Shown: one piece after another, positions 1 to 13,870 of the stretch | Position numbering within the stretch: the first letter of the stretch is position 1 | Layout of the letters: every line of letters starts with the position of its first letter | From: a virus | Virus record (IMG/VR): IMGVR_UViG_2799112911_000001 | Direction: 5' to 3' (one strand) | Length of the DNA stretch: 25,123 nucleotides | Program-made: the position numbers and the translations under genes | The notes under the pieces: generated by a model | Seen by the model: the letters and a program-made list of their open reading frames with translations, nothing else | Databases searched by the model: none | Told to the model about the DNA's origin: nothing

Positions 1-12
1 TTTATTAAAAAA

Positions 13-1142
13 GGTCTCAATATCAGTAAATTTAAATATTATGTGTTACATATATTTATTTGGAGATAAAAATGAAACACAGATTAAATTTAGATATTAG
101 AGACCCAAATTATACTTTGTTGAAAGAAATATTTAAAATTATGGATTCCAGAGAAACCTTTGAAATTTTAGCCTCATTTGGCTTTAAAAACTTGGATAAA
201 CAAGTATTTACTTTTAAAATTATATTTATCAGTATGTTCTTTGGTTTGGATATTCCATTCATCTTGAGTGAGCTTGAATCTAAAGAAAATCTTCGTAAAT
301 ACTTTAATATTTCTGAAGTTTTGAGTGCCGATCAAGTTTATAAAATTTTTTCACTTCAAAACCCAGAAAAATTGATGAAAACATTAAATCGTATTTTAAA
401 TTCAAGAAATCGCGTTAAAAGAAGAGGAAAAAAGACTTTTATTGTTGATGCAACACCAGTGGACTTAGATTTTAATTTTCACCGAAATAAAAAGACAAAA
501 GAACATCTCAAATCATTGAATTTAAAATGGAGTTATTCATCCTCCAAAGGATTTTATATTGGATTTAAAGCAACAGTAGTCATTGATTTCGATAGTATGA
601 ATCCCGTTTGCATTTTAATCCATTCTGGAGCCCCAAATGATGCCAAACTTTTTGACGAAATTATGGAAACTCTACAAAAAAGACGAATAATAAAAAAAGG
701 AGACACAATAATTTTTGACAAGGGATATTACGGCTATAAAAACTACCAATTGGGAATTAGCAAATATAAAATTGTTCCTTTCATTTTCCCAAAAGAAAAT
801 TTCAACAGAACAAAGCTTGATGACCAATTATCCTACCCACTACAAGTATTCAATCAAACAAAGAAAATAATAAAGGAAAAACATTTCTACAACAATCTAA
901 AACATGAATTATTCAAAAAACTAGACAATTGGAAAAAATTCAAACCGATTCGAGGAAAAATAGAAGATTTCTTCAAATTACTCAAACAAGGACTCAACAT
1001 GAGAGAAATACACAAATACACACCAAAATCAGTTGAAAAAACAGTATATTTAAATGTATTTTTAGGATCACTAATCATATCACAAGGATTTTACTCAAAA
1101 ACAGCCATACAGCAATTATCTGAGAACTAAAAAATTCAGACC
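13..1142 (+). mobile_element. Insertion sequence (IS4/IS5-like DDE element)
   Basis: A single transposase ORF lies between imperfect inverted repeats: GGTCTCAATAT (13-23) and the reverse complement of 1132-1142, GGTCTGAATTT (9/11 match). Exact ends are uncertain and no clear target-site duplication was seen. Confidence 0.75.
72..1130 (+). CDS. DDE transposase (DDE_Tnp_1-like, IS4/IS5 superfamily)
   Basis: Catalytic triad-like motifs FIVDATPVD, IIFDKGYYG and RGKIEDFFKLLK. ATG at 72 follows a GGAGAT RBS; the ORF track starts at 60. Confidence 0.9.
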   Translation: MKHRLNLDIRDPNYTLLKEIFKIMDSRETFEILASFGFKNLDKQVFTFKIIFISMFFGLDIPFILSELESKENLRKYFNISEVLSADQVYKIFSLQNPEKLMKTLNRILNSRNRVKRRGKKTFIVDATPVDLDFNFHRNKKTKEHLKSLNLKWSYSSSKGFYIGFKATVVIDFDSMNPVCILIHSGAPNDAKLFDEIMETLQKRRIIKKGDTIIFDKGYYGYKNYQLGISKYKIVPFIFPKENFNRTKLDDQLSYPLQVFNQTKKIIKEKHFYNNLKHELFKKLDNWKKFKPIRGKIEDFFKLLKQGLNMREIHKYTPKSVEKTVYLNVFLGSLIISQGFYSKTAIQQLSEN

Positions 1143-1146
1143 CCTA

Positions 1147-1434
1147 AATTTCTTATTGGCGTCAATTTTCAAAAGTTATAATTTTAAAAAACATATTTTA
1201 GGTTATGTTAATGGAACTACTGTTTTACATTTAGATAAAAAAGGAATTAAAAAGTTTAAAATAGCATTGCCAAAAGATTTATCGGAACTAAAAAATATTT
1301 CTGAAAGATTTGAACTCATCTATGCTGAAATTCAATGTAATCAAAAAGAAATTAATAAATTAACTAATCTTAGAGATACATTACTCCCAAAATTAATGTC
1401 TGGAGAAATTGATGTATCAAAAATTGAGATGTAA
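1147..1434 (+). pseudogene. hsdS: Type I RM specificity subunit, C-terminal fragment (end of TRD plus terminal conserved helix), 5' part cut off at the IS end
   Basis: GTTVLHL...KFKIALP motif and the classic HsdS C-terminus KLTNLRDTLLPKLMSGEIDV. The frame is open back to the IS end and has no proper start or RBS. Confidence 0.85.
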
Positions 1435-1653
1435 CATATAAACGTATACATATAATAAAGATAATAATTGCAAAATTATTTTTATTAAATCTTTCTTTAT
1501 GTCAATATCATATAGTTTACTTAATTCGGTTATCATAAAAATAAGGATTAAAAATCCATTAATTAAATTAAAATTAGTAAAATTCATAGTAATTCGGAGT
1601 ATAAACAAAAATATATCCATAATTTTAATTAATAAGACACATACCACTTTAAA

Positions 1654-1685
1654 ATCTAAACTCAAATTTAACTTTGAGTTTAGAT
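1654..1685. repeat. Perfect 13-bp inverted repeat with 6-bp spacer (ATCTAAACTCAAA-TTTAAC-TTTGAGTTTAGAT)
   Basis: Read directly from the sequence. The two divergent ORFs at 1665 and 1674 both begin MSLD because they start in the two arms. Confidence 0.9.
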
Positions 1686-2261
1686 AAATCTCATGGATTA
1701 ACAGAGGATTGGGAATGGGTTAAAGCTAAAGATTTCATGTTATTTAATCCCAGAGAATCTGTCAAAAAAGGGACTATTGTAAAAAATGTTCCAATGGATA
1801 AGATTGAACCTAAAACAAAAGAAATTCCAAGCTATGAAATCTCTGAATATAACGGTGGAGTTAAATTTAGAAATGGTGATACTTTAATGGCTAGAATCAC
1901 ACCATGTCTTGAAAATGGTAAGATTTCACAGGTGTCAATTTTAGATAATGATGAAGTAGGTGCTGGATCTACAGAATTCATTGTATTGAGAGAAAAAGAA
2001 GGAGTTAGTGATAAAGATTTCATTTATTATCTTTCTAATAGCGAATACTTTAAAGAACCTGCAATAAAATCTATGGTCGGTTCATCTGGACGGCAAAGGG
2101 TTCAAAGAGATGTTGTTGAAAATCTAGACATACTTGTTCCACCATTAGATACACAAAAGAAAATAGGTAAAATATTATCCCTTTTTGACAAGAAAATTAC
2201 ATCAAACAAAGAAATAAATAGAAATTTATCACTCCTCTTTAAAAAAAATTCTAAACTCTAG
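1674..2261 (+). CDS. hsdS: Type I RM specificity subunit, single-TRD (half-size, probably truncated) HsdS
   Basis: W..VK...F start, GDTLMARITPCLENGK, GSTEFIVLR, GSSGRQRV and PPLDTQKKIGKILSLFDKKI...N.EIN.NL conserved helix. HsdS similarity ends near 2228. TTG start is uncertain. Confidence 0.85.
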   Translation: MSLDKSHGLTEDWEWVKAKDFMLFNPRESVKKGTIVKNVPMDKIEPKTKEIPSYEISEYNGGVKFRNGDTLMARITPCLENGKISQVSILDNDEVGAGSTEFIVLREKEGVSDKDFIYYLSNSEYFKEPAIKSMVGSSGRQRVQRDVVENLDILVPPLDTQKKIGKILSLFDKKITSNKEINRNLSLLFKKNSKL

Positions 2262-2262
2262 T

Positions 2263-3765
2263 TCAGAATTCAAATCCAATCTCCTTTAAACTTTGGCGAA
2301 TTTTACTTTCAAGTTCATTAGATTCTTTAAATAGCTCATCTAACTCAGATGTTAATGTTTTCATTTTTTCTTCAAATGGTATTCCATCATCTTCTTCTGG
2401 TTTGAATCCTACATAACGTCCAGGAGTCAATATGAAATCATGCTTTTTAATTTCTTCCAAATCACTGACTTTACAAAATCCTTTCTCATCTTCCAAACTT
2501 CCTTCTTCAAATTTAGTAAAAGTATCTGCAATTAATTCAATGTCATCATCAGTTAGCTCACGTAATTTACGGGATACCATTGTTCCCATTTCACGGGCAT
2601 CAATAAACAAAGTTTTACCTTTTTGTTTTTTATTTCTGTTTAGGAACCATAAACAAACTGGAATTCCAGTAGTATAGAATAATTGTGTTGGTAATGCAAC
2701 AATACATTCTACCAAATCATCTTCAACAATAGCTTGTCTTATTTTTCCTTCACCAGATGTTGTTGAAGATAGGGAACCATTAGCTAAAACTAGACCAATT
2801 TTTCCTTTTGGTGATAAATGATGTATCATGTGTTGCATCCATGCGAAGTTTGCATTTCCTTTTGGAGGAATTCCATATTTCCATCTTACATCATCTTGTA
2901 ATTGTTCTTGTCCCCATTTTTTAAGGTTGAATGGGGGATTTGCCATTACAAAATCAGCTTTAAGTGTTGGATGTAAATCCTTTAAGAATGTATCTTCTTG
3001 GTGTTCTCCAAGGTCTGCTTCAAGTCCTCTTATAGCTAAATTCATTTTTGCCATTTTCCAAGTTGTAGGGTTGGATTCTTGACCATAAATTGATAAGTTA
3101 TTTATATTTCCACTATGGTTGTCAATGAAGTTTTTGGATTGGACAAACATTCCTCCTGATCCACAACATGGGTCATAGACTCTTCCATCATATGGTTTTA
3201 GGACTGAAACTAATGTTTTTACAACACATGCTGGAGTATAAAACTCTCCTGCTTTTTTTCCTTCAGTTTCTGCAAACATACTTAAACAATATTCATAGGT
3301 ACGTCCAAGAATATCTTTTTTATCTCCTTTTTCTGACATTTGAACATTAGTAAAAATATCAATTACAGCACCAAGCTTCTTTTTATCTAACTCAGGTCTT
3401 GAGAAGTTTTTAGGTAATATTCCTTTAAGTGATTTGTTATTGTCTTCAATGGCTTTCATTGCATTATCGATTGTTAAACCATTTTCTTCAGTGTTTGCTT
3501 TTTTAGCAATTTCTGACCAACGAGCTTCAGGCGGAACAAAGAACACGTTTTTATAAGTGTATTCATCAATATCTTCTTCAAATCCTTCTCCTTCCTCAAC
3601 TAATTCCTGATATCTTTCTTCAAATTTATCAGATAAATATTTTAGAAAAATTAAACCTAATACTACATGTTTATATTCCGCTGCATCCATTGAACCTCTA
3701 AGTTCATCAGCGGCATCCCAAATTTGTTTTTCAAAACCTATTTCACTTATATTTTCATTTGTCAT
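2263..3765 (-). CDS. hsdM: Type I RM N6-adenine methyltransferase subunit M
   Basis: IWDAADELRG N-terminus, GEFYTP, motif I VYDPCCGSGGMF, motif IV NPPF, LTPGRYVG. An AGGTGA RBS precedes the ATG. Confidence 0.97.
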   Translation of the reverse strand: MTNENISEIGFEKQIWDAADELRGSMDAAEYKHVVLGLIFLKYLSDKFEERYQELVEEGEGFEEDIDEYTYKNVFFVPPEARWSEIAKKANTEENGLTIDNAMKAIEDNNKSLKGILPKNFSRPELDKKKLGAVIDIFTNVQMSEKGDKKDILGRTYEYCLSMFAETEGKKAGEFYTPACVVKTLVSVLKPYDGRVYDPCCGSGGMFVQSKNFIDNHSGNINNLSIYGQESNPTTWKMAKMNLAIRGLEADLGEHQEDTFLKDLHPTLKADFVMANPPFNLKKWGQEQLQDDVRWKYGIPPKGNANFAWMQHMIHHLSPKGKIGLVLANGSLSSTTSGEGKIRQAIVEDDLVECIVALPTQLFYTTGIPVCLWFLNRNKKQKGKTLFIDAREMGTMVSRKLRELTDDDIELIADTFTKFEEGSLEDEKGFCKVSDLEEIKKHDFILTPGRYVGFKPEEDDGIPFEEKMKTLTSELDELFKESNELESKIRQSLKEIGFEF

Positions 3766-3773
3766 TTAATCAC

Positions 3774-6700
3774 CTAAGCTGTTTCATCAACCCACAATTC
3801 ACATTGTGCTATAACTTTATCTAAAGCGAAATCCATATCCTCTGGAGGATATTTATATTTTTTAAGTAACCTTTTTACGGTTCTACGCATGTTTGCTCTT
3901 GCAGATTCTTTCTTCTGCCAGTCAATTGTCCTGTTTCTTCTTAAAGAATCAGTTAGTTCTTGTGTAATTTTTATTAAAGTTTCATCATCATAAAAATTAT
4001 GTATATTTTCTGGAAGAGCTATCGCATTATAAAATGCTAATTCTTCTTCAGATAATCCTAATTTTTCCCCTTCCAAATGTGCTTCACGTAAAAGTTGTGC
4101 AATTCTAATTAATTCTTCAATAACTTCATCATTTGTAATGTGGCCATTAATATAATCATTACGTGTTTTTTTCAAAAGGGTTGAAAATTCTTCAGCTTTA
4201 ACAAGATTTGTTGTTGTATAAACTCTTACTTCATCATCCAGTAATTTTTCTAAAATAGTTCTGGTTAGATTTGAAGATTCCAATGCCCTTACCTTATCTA
4301 AAAATTCTGGATCAAATAGTGATACCTCTTCACTCACATTAATAACATGAATTACACCAGTACTTTTAATTGATTGATTTAGTAATTCTGTAATCTGTTT
4401 ATTGATTTGGGGTAGAGATAATTTTCCGTCTGAAGTAACTTTAACAAGGACTGTTCTTACTGCTTCAAAGAATGCCGCTTCAAATCTTTCATGTTCCTTA
4501 GCTCTACTACTGCATAATGACAACCATTTTTTAAGTAGTAGTGATTGTTTTAAATATTCTTTTTTGGTTTCTTTGCGTGATAAGTCTTCCATGAAGTTTA
4601 CTCCGCCTGAAATAACTTTTGACCTTTCTAAATCACTATCACCAAAGAAATTTGAGTAATCAAATCCATGGAACAAGTCACGACATATTTCTAATTTTTC
4701 TTGGAATTTTGGATAGGCCACCTTATCAACGTCAGGATCACCGTATTTCTTTTTGTCCTATCAGTGTATTCACTCATTGCTTTTTTGAGTTCTGATGCTA
4801 TTCCAATATAGTCAACAATGAGTCCTCCTTCCTTTCCTTTGAATACTCTGTTTACACGTGCTATTGCCTGCATTAAATTGTGCCCTCTCATAGGTTTGTA
4901 GATATACATTGTTGAAAGGGAAGGCACATCAAATCCGGTAAGCCACATATCTACAACAATAGCTATTTTCATTGGATCATCGTCATCTTTAAATTTGTTT
5001 TCAAGTTCTTTTTTATATGATTTATCACCAATTATTTCAAACCATTCATCTGGGTCTTTATTAGAACCACTCATTACAACTTTAACTTTTTCATCCCAAT
5101 CGGGATGCAGTTCCAATATTTTCTCATACATATTTATAGCTATTGGACGTGAATATGCAACAATCATTGCTTTACCACTTAATTCATGTGCCCGATTATC
5201 TTCATAGTGATGTACAATATCTGTGCAGATATCATCAATAATTTCTGGAGCTCCAAGCAATTCTTCCATTTTACTTAATTCTCTTTTACTTCGCTCAATA
5301 TTATATTCTTCAGCTTCTTCACTTAACTCCCAATATTTATCATCAATTTGTTGTAAAATGGATTCATCCAAGTTTATGTCAGCAATACGACTTTCATAAC
5401 ATATTGGGACTGTTGCTCCATCTTCTACTGATTGAGTCATATCATAAATATCAATATAATCTCCAAATACTTCCCTAGTGTTTCTGTCTGCTTTTGAAAT
5501 TGGTGTTCCTGTAAAACCAATAAATGTTGCATTTGGAAGAGCATTATGTATTCTTCGAGCAGCACCGATTTTTATTTTACCTGTTTTAGGATCTACTTTT
5601 TCTTCAAGCCCATACTGGCTTCTGTGCGCTTCATCTGATATTACAATAACATCTTCTCTATCTGTTAGTGATTCATCATAATCATCGAATTTTTGCATTG
5701 TTGAAAAGAATATCCCATTGGCTTTTCGATCATTCAGCAATTCTTTTAGGTTTTTCATGCTTGTAGCTTGTTTTGGTGTTTGTCTTAAAAAGTCACTGCA
5801 CTTAGCAAATTGCGAATATAATTGATCATCTAAATCATTACGGTCAGTAATGACAACAAAAGTAGGGCTTTCAAGTTTTTGTTGGAGTTTATTAACATAA
5901 AATACCATGGATAGACTTTTTCCACTTCCTTGTGTATGCCAGAATACACCTGCTTTGTGGTCGCTATTAATAGCTTTGACAGTTGAGTTTACTGCTTTGT
6001 TAACAGCAAAATATTGGTGGTATGCACCCATAATTTTAATTTTAGTTGTTGAATCATTTGAATAAACAATGAAATTTTGTAATATATCAATGAATCTTTT
6101 TTTATCGAATATTCCTTCAAAGAATGTTGTAAAATCTGCCCATTGTGTTGATTCATAGCTTCCATCTGTTGTTTTCCATTCCATGAATCTGTCCTCAGAA
6201 GCAGTGATTGTACCTGCTTTTGAAATTGACATGTCACTCATTACACAAAAAGCATTGTAATTAAAAAGAGTTGGAATAACTTGCATATATTTTTTAAGTT
6301 GGTTATAAGCTTCAGATGTATCTGTATTCTCTCTGGATGGAGATTTTAGCTCACATACCACTAATGGAAAACCATTTACAAAAACAACAATATCTGGTAT
6401 TTTAGTCTCTTTATCAACTACTGTCCATTGGTTAATAGCAGTAAATAGGTTATTGTCAAGATTATCATAGTCAATGAGTTTAACATGAGTAGATTCTTCT
6501 TTTCCATCTTTCCAATAGTTTACATTGATACCATTTTGAAGATAGTCCATGAATTTATTATTTTTTTCCTCCAGCGAACCAATATCAAAATCTTGAATAA
6601 CTTCAATAGCTTTATCAACAGCCTCTTTATCTAATTGATTATTAATACCATATAATATATCTATATCATCCATATAAAGAGGATTTTTATAATCTCTTTC

Positions 6701-6799
6701 AATATTTGGACCATAAAAACTGTTATAACCTAAATTCTGAAACATTTCCATCAATGACTTTTCATAAGCCTCTTCATTATAAAATGAAATACAAACCAA
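3774..6799 (-). pseudogene. hsdR: Type I RM restriction subunit R, split by a 1-bp frameshift near 4757 (ORFs 4691-6799 and 3774-4721)
   Basis: PD..ELK nuclease motif, Walker [22 protein letters not shown] and QAIARVNR in the first ORF; C-terminal EELAFY..DW..KESARA domain in the second. Adding one base at CC 4757-4758 gives continuous [23 protein letters not shown] and about 1008 aa. Confidence 0.92.
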
Positions 6800-6910
6800 C
6801 TCCTTGAAACAATATTCTAAGTTAACAACAATATTGTAATAATGTTAGTTATATAAAAGTATACTATTAAGTTTTACTAAAATTATATATAATAGTAAAG
6901 AGTTGATACA

Positions 6911-7414
6911 ATGGCTTATATTATTGATGGTGCTTTTAATATTCCTTATGATTTAATTACCATTAAAGATTTATTAAAAAAGTTTAATTTGGAATTGTTA
7001 TTGCCTAAAAAAATTTTAGAATTAGAAGTTCCTAATGATTTTACATCATATCAATATATTAAATGTCTTGATGATCTTCCGGAAGATGAGCAGGAAGATT
7101 ATCATGATTCATATGATTGTGATATTGTTGATGGACTAATTGAATCAATTGATGATGTTTTTGAAAGTTTTCATAGAATCATAGGAAACTTTCATATGAT
7201 TGAAATTAAAGAGTGTCCATTAGATGGATTATCTGTTGATGATTTTAAGGATGGTAAAGATATTGGAGAATTCTTTTTGAACATGGAAAATCTTGATTTT
7301 GCTATGAGCTCTTGTTTAATGTATTATGAGTTTCCATTACCAAATTTAAATGGCTTTCCACTTATCATAGAATATGAATGGTCAGGTTATCAATCTCCTA
7401 TTATCTATAATTAA
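6911..7414 (+). CDS. Hypothetical strongly acidic protein (167 aa)
   Basis: Clean ORF divergent from hsdR with TATA-like elements upstream. About 35 D/E versus 10 K/R by hand count. No family recognised. Confidence 0.7.
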   Translation: MAYIIDGAFNIPYDLITIKDLLKKFNLELLLPKKILELEVPNDFTSYQYIKCLDDLPEDEQEDYHDSYDCDIVDGLIESIDDVFESFHRIIGNFHMIEIKECPLDGLSVDDFKDGKDIGEFFLNMENLDFAMSSCLMYYEFPLPNLNGFPLIIEYEWSGYQSPIIYN

Positions 7415-7438
7415 TAGATATTGAATTATTTAATTTAT

Positions 7439-8710
7439 TCATTTAACATTATCCTGCTTCTGCAATCTATTAATTTCATTATTAAATTTATAATTAATAG
7501 AAATACTATCAAGTAAAGCAACTCTAACATAGTGAGCCAATATTTCTAAATTTTCTTTTGAAATATAATCAATTCCAGAATGAACAATACTTGATCTTAT
7601 ACCATATATGTCTTTAAGAAATTTTTTAATTTCATTTTCACGCCCCGGCTTTGCTATTAATGTTGATACTTTAGAAGAAACGGCTTCGGATATGGATTCA
7701 TCATTATCAAATACAAATACAGTTTCTAGTGCAATAACTAAATATAATAATTTGGGATATGCATTAAAAAATTCAATATTATCTATTAAAGATTGATGTT
7801 TATTACCTATTTTTTTATATTCATTCATTTTAATAGACATTGCTTCACCAAACCAATAAATTGCGGTTATTAATCTATTTTCAAAATCAGATTTATTTTT
7901 TTTATTAAATAAAATAGATAAGACATTTAATACAATGCTAACGTCACCAACTTTTTCTTTTGTAAATTCACAATGAAAGATAGAACCTTCTAATTTAACA
8001 CCTGAAGCAATTTCATCGTTAGATGTGAACATTGCATATTGCCTATAGTTAGGTGAGAATACATCTCCATCTAAATTAAAATTACATTGTTTATCTGGCA
8101 ATAATAATTTTAACATGTTTAATGCAATTTTAATATTGTTCTGCGCTTTTGAATGGGCAAATTCTTTTGAACCATAAATTCGTGTTTTTGCGTAAACTTC
8201 TTTTTCTCTAAAGAAATCACCACCAAAAATTTCTTCATTATATCTATTTAATTTATCATTCATGTTTTTAATTGGAAATAATGTAACATCGCCGATAGTA
8301 ATGGGTTTTATTAATTCCAAATTTGTAATATGGAATATGCATAGATAATTATCAAAATCTTCATCAATAATATTTTCAATTTCATTTTCAAAATTATTTA
8401 ATAAATCTTCACAAAGATTCTTAAAATCTTGTTTTGGCAATGTTAATGCACCCCTTGAATTTAAATTTTCCAAAATAGATATAACATTCTCTTCAATATA
8501 TTTTTTTGAAAAATTATTGTGAATTATCTCAATTCCCATAATTTCTGAAACTATTGAATTAATACAATTATCCACATCTTTATTTCGTGGAAAAATTGTT
8601 TCCATTAAAGTAAATTTTACTTTTTCCCCTTCTTGTATATGTTTTGATGCTTTCAGTGCACGTTTTAAATTTTTTAGGATTGAATTGGATTTAAAATTAA
8701 TTAACTTCAT
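7439..8710 (-). CDS. ApeA-like HEPN domain protein (putative antiviral RNase)
   Basis: C-terminal AIYWFGEA...LVIALETVF...IYGIRSSIVHSG (RxxxxH). Full-length paralogue of 22845-24116. Confidence 0.75.
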   Translation of the reverse strand: MKLINFKSNSILKNLKRALKASKHIQEGEKVKFTLMETIFPRNKDVDNCINSIVSEIMGIEIIHNNFSKKYIEENVISILENLNSRGALTLPKQDFKNLCEDLLNNFENEIENIIDEDFDNYLCIFHITNLELIKPITIGDVTLFPIKNMNDKLNRYNEEIFGGDFFREKEVYAKTRIYGSKEFAHSKAQNNIKIALNMLKLLLPDKQCNFNLDGDVFSPNYRQYAMFTSNDEIASGVKLEGSIFHCEFTKEKVGDVSIVLNVLSILFNKKNKSDFENRLITAIYWFGEAMSIKMNEYKKIGNKHQSLIDNIEFFNAYPKLLYLVIALETVFVFDNDESISEAVSSKVSTLIAKPGRENEIKKFLKDIYGIRSSIVHSGIDYISKENLEILAHYVRVALLDSISINYKFNNEINRLQKQDNVK

Positions 8711-8741
8711 TTTAATGCCTTATTTATTGCCATATATTAGT

Positions 8742-9008
8742 TTATTCTAAATTTCCAACTATTTCTTCCCCTTTATCAGTCAAGCGGTACAACCTACCTT
8801 TCCTAACTTCAGGATTAATACATTCAACAAGTTCATGTGCTTTTAATTCAGCAAGAACTTTTGAAATATGATTTGTTCTAATCCCGGAATCATTAGCTAT
8901 TGCAGTAGGTATTTTAACATCACCATCTAAAGACTTCATCACTTTTTCCCTATACTTTGAGATTTGCACATAGCTAATTTCTGTTAACATTTCGTCTGAC
9001 AATTCCAT
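8742..9008 (-). CDS. Winged helix-turn-helix transcriptional regulator (ArsR/MarR-like)
   Basis: KIPTAIANDSGIRTNHISKVLAELKAHELVECIN...GRLYRLTDKG is a helix-turn-helix plus wing, typical of a small archaeal wHTH family. Confidence 0.85.
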   Translation of the reverse strand: MELSDEMLTEISYVQISKYREKVMKSLDGDVKIPTAIANDSGIRTNHISKVLAELKAHELVECINPEVRKGRLYRLTDKGEEIVGNLE

Positions 9009-9016
9009 ACTATCAC

Positions 9017-11000
<1,984 letters not shown>

Positions 11001-11009
11001 ATTAACACC

Positions 11010-12996
<1,987 letters not shown>

Positions 12997-12997
<1 letters not shown>

Positions 12998-13596
12998 TAA
13001 ACACTCACCTCATATATGTGATTGCCTTTAACGTCTGGATTGCATTTAATATTCATTCCGTATTTTCTAGCTTCTGTGCAGAAATACAAGTCTTCTGACA
13101 GTACTGTGTCATTGTCATATATAACGTATTTGAAATATGGATATGCCATTTTCTTGAATACATTAACATTAACGAGAGCGATTCCAAGGCCGCCACCCTT
13201 AATGTCAAATGGATTGTTAGCTTTCCATAATGTTTCGCCATAAATCATGTTTTTGTCAGTGTAATCCTTGCCAAAATCAAAGATGACAGTTTGATTTGTT
13301 GTTGTTCTTTTCTTGTAGTACCAGCCTAAAGCAATGTCTGTTTCACATTCCAATAGCTTATTGATTGTTTGTCTAGGTACATTAACGTCTGAATCTATCA
13401 TTAACACATAGTCAAAGTTGTATTCGATTGCTAGCTTTGCTATTTCGTTTCTTGCACGTGCACAGTCATATCCTTTGACATAATCAAAATACAAAAGGTA
13501 ATCTTTAGGATTTATCAGATTGTAAATGCTTTTGAAGCATTCAGGTTTGATATTTTCGAATGTTGGAATGGCAATCAGAATTTTACCTTTCATCAT
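12997..13596 (-). CDS. Glycosyltransferase, GT2/GT-A fold
   Basis: ILIAIPT first strand, [16 protein letters not shown] (DxD) and SEDLYFC. Likely start is ATG 13596 after GGAGG (ORF track starts at 13632). The stop overlaps the collagen gene start (TAATG). Confidence 0.85.
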
Positions 13597-13846
13597 TGCC
13601 CTCCAATTTCTTGATTCTATCTTCAAGTTCATTCAAATTAATCTGGTCTTCACGCTCACATCTATACTCATAAATGTCAATTAGTGCAACAATGACAATG
13701 GCTAATGCAAATGGCAATAGTCCTTCGATTAAAGCATACTTTGTGGCGTTGGTCATTATGATGTTGATAGCTATCGCTGTTAAAACAGCACTGGAAATTG
13801 TTTTGGTAAAGTTGCAAATAAATATCTTCTTTTTTAATCTGTTCAT
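13583..13846 (-). CDS. Small two-TM membrane protein (holin-like candidate)
   Basis: Two hydrophobic stretches and a charged C-terminal tail; overlaps the glycosyltransferase start. Confidence 0.55.
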   Translation of the reverse strand: MNRLKKKIFICNFTKTISSAVLTAIAINIIMTNATKYALIEGLLPFALAIVIVALIDIYEYRCEREDQINLNELEDRIKKLEGNDER

Positions 13847-13870
13847 GATAACAGTATCCTCCAGAGAAGC

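Noticed and set aside
1-1155. Target-site duplication for the IS
   Set aside because: Left flank TTTATTAAAA and right flank TAAATTTCT do not match convincingly, and only about 12 bp of left flank is visible.
1417-1687. Overlapping 82-aa (-) and 62-aa (+) ORFs between the hsdS fragments
   Set aside because: AT-rich I/L/K/N-biased sequences without RBS or motifs; the TTG start comes from the palindrome arm. Probably spurious.
2432-6237. Several 60-85-aa ORFs antisense or out of frame to hsdM/hsdR
   Set aside because: Fully contained within well-supported genes; no independent signals.
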